This document shows, piece after piece, positions 58,859 to 64,000 of a stretch of 64,000 nucleotides of DNA. Below the pieces are notes generated by a model. That model did not search any database. It was given only the letters and a program-made list of their open reading frames with translations, and had not been told where the DNA came from. This DNA comes from Pseudomonadota bacterium (GTDB taxonomy: Bacteria; Pseudomonadota; Alphaproteobacteria; Rhodobacterales; Rhodobacteraceae): positions 5,941-69,940 of the forward strand of contig JBCCYG010000001.1 of the NCBI GenBank assembly GCA_039190145.1. The letters are read 5' to 3'. Numbering within the stretch: position 1 is the first letter of the stretch; each line of letters starts with the position of its first letter. Position numbers and translations under genes: made by a program.

Positions 58859-59764
58859 ATGCATTTCCGTCCGCCTCAGCTCCCCTCCTTAACTCGGCTT
58901 AGGCCCTTCGAGGCAGCAGCTAGGCATGAGAGCTTTTCCCAGGCCGCAGCCGAGCTTGGGATGACGCAAGCGGCCGTCAGCAAGCAAATCGCAGCCCTAG
59001 AGCGCGACATTGGTGTTAGCCTTTTTGAACGGCGCAACCGCGCCGTGTTTCTCACGGATGCAGGGCGCCAGCTGGGGCGTGTGGTCGGAAATGCTCTGTC
59101 GGATATTTCGGCGGAATTCTCTGCTCTAAAGGGGCAACGGCGAGCCGCTGAACTGGTGCTGCATTGCCAACTGTGCGAGGCGTTTTACTGGCTCATGCCG
59201 CGCCTGAAGGGCTTTCAAGAGCGACACCCGGGCGTGGAGCTGCGCGTCGTCACGAGCCTCAAGCCGCTAACCGAAGCTACGGAGGCCTTCGACGTCGCGA
59301 TCCAAACGTCTGGCCGTGCGTCAGGCTCGGCCCGGTTGGCTTTTACCGCTGCCGATGACATTTTCCCTGTTTGCGCGCCCACACTGGTATCTGGTCGCGA
59401 AAGCCCTTTGCCCGTTTCCGAGCTAAGCGAATTCCCGCTCCTCTCACACTCGGTGTCGCCCCAGGATTGGATGGATTGGCGAGACTGGTTTCAAGCTATG
59501 CGCGTCACGAACCCAACACGCCAAAACTATACCCAATTCGACAGCTACCCCCTCGCATTACAGGCCGCGGTGGCCGGCCAAGGGATAGCGCTGGGATGGC
59601 GCCGAACGACGGAAGCGATGATCAACGAGGGCAAGTTGATCCGACCGTGCAAGGAGGTGATTGCGCGTCCTACCGAGCTTTCCGTATTTCGCGGCGTCGC
59701 GAGCGCACCGCACCCCAATATCGGCGAGCTCATCGCTTGGCTGCAAGGCGAGCTCATGTCGTGA
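58859..59764 (+). CDS. LysR family regulator (GcvA-like)
   Basis: FEAAARHESFSQAAAELGMTQAAVSKQI, WLMPRL and GQGIALGW. Confidence 0.9.
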   Translation: MHFRPPQLPSLTRLRPFEAAARHESFSQAAAELGMTQAAVSKQIAALERDIGVSLFERRNRAVFLTDAGRQLGRVVGNALSDISAEFSALKGQRRAAELVLHCQLCEAFYWLMPRLKGFQERHPGVELRVVTSLKPLTEATEAFDVAIQTSGRASGSARLAFTAADDIFPVCAPTLVSGRESPLPVSELSEFPLLSHSVSPQDWMDWRDWFQAMRVTNPTRQNYTQFDSYPLALQAAVAGQGIALGWRRTTEAMINEGKLIRPCKEVIARPTELSVFRGVASAPHPNIGELIAWLQGELMS

Positions 59765-59879
59765 ACAAAGACAGCGGCGCGCGCCACGGTCGAGCCGCAG
59801 ATCTGGCTCAGGATGGGAGGCTTCAAGCTGGCGCATGTTTGGGGGCTGTAAGGGTTGAGCAAGAGAATTTCACAGGCTC

Positions 59880-61319
59880 TCACACAAGACCCGAGACCGA
59901 TTTAGTGTTCTGGAACTCGCGTATGCCCCAAAGCCCGCCTTCTCGGCCATAGCCCGAAGCCTTGCGGCCGCCAAAGGGAGCGCCCGGGGCGCGGCTTGTC
60001 CCATTAATCTGGACCATGCCTACCTTAAGACGGTCTGAGACGCGTTTCGCGCGGGCCGGATCGGAAGTTTGGATGTAGCCGGCAAGACCGTAGCGCGTTG
60101 CATTGGCAAGCTCGACGGCGTGCTCTTCATCGTCAAAAGGCGTCATCGTCAGGACAGGGCCAAAAATTTCCGTCTGGAAAAGAGAATTGTCCGGTTCAAC
60201 ATCAGCAAAAACAGTCGGTTTCGCGTAAAAGCCTCGCATAAAACCCTGCGGCCTGCCTGCCCCGCCGACGACGAGCCGTAGCCCAGTTTCGATGCCGCCT
60301 CTGATCATGTTCTGCACGTGGTCAAACTGCGCTCGGTTCACAAGCGGTCCCAGATGCTGTCCTGCCCTGTGGGGCGGGCCGACCTCAACTGCGCCTGCCA
60401 AAGCTGCAGCCAAGTCAACAGCCTCTTCGTAGCGCGAACGCTCCACCAGCATGCGAGACGCGGCATTGCAGGACTGCCCAGAATTTCTATAGCAATGGGC
60501 AAGCCCTTGCCGGATCGCTTTTTCTAGGTTGCAGTCTGCAAAAATCAGGTTTGGCGACTTGCCCCCCAATTCCAACGAACAATGCGCAGGCCGCGCGGCA
60601 GCCATGCGGGCGATTTCCCGACCTGCCCGGCTAGATCCCGTGAGCGAAACAGCATCAACATCACTATGGGAAACCAAGTCTGCACCAGTTTCCCGGTCGC
60701 CTAAGACCAGGTTGAAAACGCCCTTTGGGACGCCTGCTTCAGACAAACATTCCGCCAAAAGCATCGCCGTCCGGCTAGAGAACTCAGACGGCTTTAAGAC
60801 GCAGGTGCAACCCGCAGCAATCGTCGCGGCAACCTTGAGTATGACCTGGTTCAGCGGCCAGTTCCACGGGGTGATCAGCGCCGCAACGCCAATGGGTTCG
60901 TAGATCACTTGATGCGTGGAATAGATTGAGCTCTGCTCGGCAACTTGCATCTCGTCCAAAGCCGCAATCGTTGCCTCTAAATGGGATATCGCAGCGTCAA
61001 TCTGGGATGTTCGTGCGAAATCGATCGGCGCACCGATCTCAGCGCTTATCGTCTTCGCAAACTTGGCTCTGCGTTGCTCTATAATCGTAAAGAGAGCTCT
61101 TAAAACTGACGCGCGTTCTTCAAGTCTTGAGACCTCCCAAAAGCGAAGGGCTCGCGTGGCCGCTCGGACTGCGTCGCTTACAACCTCGGCAGTCGCACAT
61201 GATAGGACGCCAGTGATCTCCTCTGTGTGCGGGTCCACCAGCGGGATAGACCTGCTCTCATCGAGGACCCTCCAAGCTCCATCGACAAAAACGGAATTAA
61301 TTTTTGCTAGGGTGACCAT
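59880..61319 (-). CDS. Aldehyde dehydrogenase
   Basis: ITPWNWP, LKPSE, LELGGKSP, NSGQSC, EIFGP and PFGG. Confidence 0.93.
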   Translation of the reverse strand: MVTLAKINSVFVDGAWRVLDESRSIPLVDPHTEEITGVLSCATAEVVSDAVRAATRALRFWEVSRLEERASVLRALFTIIEQRRAKFAKTISAEIGAPIDFARTSQIDAAISHLEATIAALDEMQVAEQSSIYSTHQVIYEPIGVAALITPWNWPLNQVILKVAATIAAGCTCVLKPSEFSSRTAMLLAECLSEAGVPKGVFNLVLGDRETGADLVSHSDVDAVSLTGSSRAGREIARMAAARPAHCSLELGGKSPNLIFADCNLEKAIRQGLAHCYRNSGQSCNAASRMLVERSRYEEAVDLAAALAGAVEVGPPHRAGQHLGPLVNRAQFDHVQNMIRGGIETGLRLVVGGAGRPQGFMRGFYAKPTVFADVEPDNSLFQTEIFGPVLTMTPFDDEEHAVELANATRYGLAGYIQTSDPARAKRVSDRLKVGMVQINGTSRAPGAPFGGRKASGYGREGGLWGIREFQNTKSVSGLV

Positions 61320-61417
61320 CAGCTAGCACTCGCCTGTTTCCCAAGCGACGCCCGCGCGGTTGCGTTTTCTAGACTCTGCGAAGGGGTCAGGGCCATTATC
61401 TCAAATCCACTACGAGC

Positions 61418-62260
61418 CTAGGCCTGCGCGAGGTTGGACCCGCCGATAGACACCCCGTCTTGCCGGGCACTCGTTTCAATGAGGCCAAACTCAGGTCGGC
61501 AGAAATCATGGTACTGAACAGTCACGCCATAATCGCGAAGCTCGAGAACACCCAGTTGAGGTGCCTCCGGCGCTGGCTTGAAGTCAGCCCAGCTCCACTC
61601 CGGAACAGGCGCCGGCGCTTGATACATAGCAGACCGCAGCGTGGCGAAAGGCATGTTTGCTACGACACCAGACGCTGGCCGATGTACGTGCCCACAGCAT
61701 AGGAGCCTGACATTGCCATGCTTACTTATCAGCCGCAGGAAAGCTGCCCCATTCTCGAGGCAAGTTTCATCCTGCATAGGCAGCCCAAGCTCCATCGGAG
61801 GATGATGCATAAAGATAATAACGCTGCGGTCCTTAAGCGACGCTAGCTGCTCCTCAAGCCAACCGCCGCGGTCGTTGCAAATCGTTCCCGCATCTGAGCC
61901 GGTTCTTTGACTATCAAGGCACAGCAACGCGAATTGCTCTAAGTCCACATGATACTGGATGAAATTCGTCATCGCCGTCGCGGGCAATGACAGATGCTCC
62001 CGCAAGAGGACCCTGTCATCGTGGTTCCCAGCGAGCGGCAACACCGGCACCTTCAAAGCTGCCAATAGCAGCGAGAGCTTTTTGTAATCCGCGCGCGTTC
62101 CCCGATCTACGAGATCTCCTGAGATGATGCAGGCGGCCGCGTTTGAGTAGCGTTCGTTGACATAGTCAATGGCAGCCAAAAGACGACTCTCGGTATCAAA
62201 CCCGTAAACAGTATCGCTGGCATCGAAATGCAAGTCAGACAGCCATATGAGTTTAGTCAC
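61418..62260 (-). CDS. Calcineurin-like metallophosphoesterase (CpdA/GpdQ-like)
   Basis: SDLH, GDLVD, GNHD, HHPP and GHVH; GGAG RBS before GTG. Confidence 0.9.
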   Translation of the reverse strand: MTKLIWLSDLHFDASDTVYGFDTESRLLAAIDYVNERYSNAAACIISGDLVDRGTRADYKKLSLLLAALKVPVLPLAGNHDDRVLLREHLSLPATAMTNFIQYHVDLEQFALLCLDSQRTGSDAGTICNDRGGWLEEQLASLKDRSVIIFMHHPPMELGLPMQDETCLENGAAFLRLISKHGNVRLLCCGHVHRPASGVVANMPFATLRSAMYQAPAPVPEWSWADFKPAPEAPQLGVLELRDYGVTVQYHDFCRPEFGLIETSARQDGVSIGGSNLAQA

Positions 62261-62480
62261 GCTAACGCTCCAAATCGTTAGTGTTGATGGTGCGAAACGC
62301 TGCGGGTGTTGCACAGGCCGCGTGGCAATTGGTTTGGGAAAGTCGTCCAAAAGTGGCCGCGCGCACTGACGACGACGAGGGCATCCTTTGGCTCGAATAG
62401 ACTGCAGGATACCTTTGATATGCGTACTGCTCACACTCGCGTCGCTCATGCCATCCCGGCCTTTGTCGGGAGCTAACGAG

Positions 62481-63224
62481 ATGACGATACTGTCGGTAAA
62501 TATGAACGTCCCAGCCTTGCTCAGAAACCGTCGCGGGCACCCGTGGCCGGATGTCCTGGGCCTTGCCAGGATCGCCTTGAGCGCTGGCGCAGAAGGTCTG
62601 ACACTCCACCCGCGGCAGGACGAGCGCCATGCAACACCGGAGGATGCACGACTGTTCAGAAAGCTAATCGACGACGAGTTCCCAGGACGGGAACTCAATG
62701 TGGAAGGGTATCCTGATGCGCGCTTTCTGGCGCTTGTCGAAGAGGTAAGGCCCGACCAGGTCTCCTTGGTGCCGGATGGGCCAGAGCAAGCGACCAGCGA
62801 TCATGGTTGGGACTTCCACGAGAGCACAGGCTTTCTAAGGCCCATTGTCGCTCGCCTAAAGCGCCAGGGTCTTCGGGTAGCGCTCTTTGCCGACGCGGTC
62901 CCAAGCGAGATGGAACACGCCGCTGAAACGGGCGCAGATCGGGTAGAACTCTACACCGGGCCTTACGGCGCAGCCCACTCCGATACCAAGGAAGCAAAGC
63001 GTCAAGCGGACCTTTTGGCTAACACAGCAACCGCGGCTACACGTGCAGGGTTGGGAGTGAATGCGGGCCACGATCTCACCGTCCCGGGGACGCGCTATCT
63101 CTTAAGCATCGTTCCCGACATTGCAGAGGTTTCTATTGGGCATGCCCTGTCTTGCGACGCGTTGACCTATGGGTTCCGCGAAAGCGTGAGGCGCTATCTG
63201 GAGGCGTGCAAAGCCCAAGCATGA
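62481..63224 (+). CDS. pdxJ: Pyridoxine 5'-phosphate synthase
   Basis: LRNRR, HPR.DERH, NVEG, SDHGWD, ELYTG, NAGHDL and EVSIGHAL. Confidence 0.9.
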   Translation: MTILSVNMNVPALLRNRRGHPWPDVLGLARIALSAGAEGLTLHPRQDERHATPEDARLFRKLIDDEFPGRELNVEGYPDARFLALVEEVRPDQVSLVPDGPEQATSDHGWDFHESTGFLRPIVARLKRQGLRVALFADAVPSEMEHAAETGADRVELYTGPYGAAHSDTKEAKRQADLLANTATAATRAGLGVNAGHDLTVPGTRYLLSIVPDIAEVSIGHALSCDALTYGFRESVRRYLEACKAQA

Positions 63225-63254
63225 GCCCGCAAAGCAAAGCTCAAAGGCGCCTGA

Positions 63255-64000
63255 TTAGATTTGCATCTGGCCTGAGCCTACAAAGACGCATCGGCCCCGA
63301 ATACGAACCCTGGCTGACGGCGATGGAACCGTGACCTCGATCTCGCTCCGTCGCCCCATTTCGACACCCTGAATAATCCGAAACTCAGAGGCACCACCTT
63401 GGGCATCTTTCGCGAGCAGCGACGCCAGGGCACCGGACGCGCTGCCGGCGGCTGGGTCTTCCGCCGGATGTCCAAGGGGGGACATCACGCGCGACCTGAT
63501 GGACCAATGGGACTTTAACGAATGTTCCACGACGAAAGCGCAAATCGCGAAACCATCCACGGTTGCGGGGCCTTTGCGCGCCGCCTCGCGAAATGCGAGG
63601 ATATCGCATTCAATCGCTGCAAGGGCGGCTAGATCTGTCAACTCCACAAAAGCGAACGGCAACCTGATAGATCCAACGCAGGGAGCGATACGATCACTGA
63701 GCACTTGATCGCTATTGAGACCCAGACACTGCGCCATGGCCTCATGATCAACATGTCCTAGCAGCTTTAGAGGCTGCGGTGCGGTAATCTCTGCCCCAAT
63801 GACAACCCTGCCATCACGCATGATATCGGCGGTCACGTCGCCGCCCGGTTCATCGAAGATAAATGCGCCCTGATCACCCATTTGCCGAGCGGCCGTTTTG
63901 GTGTTTGCAATGACAAAGGCGGTCCCGATATTTGGATGCCCTGCAAAAGGGATCTCCTCGAGCGGCGTAAAGATACGAACCCGCGCGGTATGCTGCTGTG
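63255..64000 (-). CDS. PhzF family protein (5' end beyond window)
   Basis: RVRIFTPLEEIPFAGHP, EDPAAGSA and QGVEMGRRS. Confidence 0.85.
   Translation of the reverse strand, partial: QQHTARVRIFTPLEEIPFAGHPNIGTAFVIANTKTAARQMGDQGAFIFDEPGGDVTADIMRDGRVVIGAEITAPQPLKLLGHVDHEAMAQCLGLNSDQVLSDRIAPCVGSIRLPFAFVELTDLAALAAIECDILAFREAARKGPATVDGFAICAFVVEHSLKSHWSIRSRVMSPLGHPAEDPAAGSASGALASLLAKDAQGGASEFRIIQGVEMGRRSEIEVTVPSPSARVRIRGRCVFVGSGQMQI

Noticed and set aside
61382-61400. Possible degenerate IS5-derived MITE end (AGGGGTCAGGGCCATTATC)
   Set aside because: No partner inverted repeat and weak similarity.
13288-64000. Integron cassette array
   Set aside because: Genes lie in both orientations with their own promoters; there is no intI and no recurring RYYYAAC...GTTRRRY hairpin after genes.
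46647-64000. Phenazine biosynthesis inferred from two PhzF genes
   Set aside because: No phzA/B, D, E or G homologs; orphan PhzF-like isomerases are common.

Overview
The window looks like a Rhodobacteraceae-type alphaproteobacterial chromosome segment with two parts. Bases 1-12.8 kb are housekeeping: a surface-glycan cluster (two GT2-like glycosyltransferases, a GT14/core-2 branching enzyme, a sulfotransferase), then the minus-strand rnd-kdsD-lptC-lptA-lptB-hpf-ptsN block with no rpoN, a CoA-binding protein, a THUMP RNA methyltransferase and a PHP hydrolase. From about 13.3 kb to the window end is a dense accessory array of about 57 mostly unrelated genes in 1-5 gene modules on both strands. 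It holds 12 one-component regulators (6 LysR, 3 AraC, MerR, ArsR, HTH-WYL), 6 EamA, 4 MFS and 2 LysE exporters, 4 GNATs, and metabolite-repair or detox enzymes. I found no integrase, transposase, tRNA, rRNA, CRISPR array or conserved attC-like repeat. Several modules carry their own visible operators, and several junctions show broken gene ends. All product calls come from reading motifs by eye; no database searches were run.
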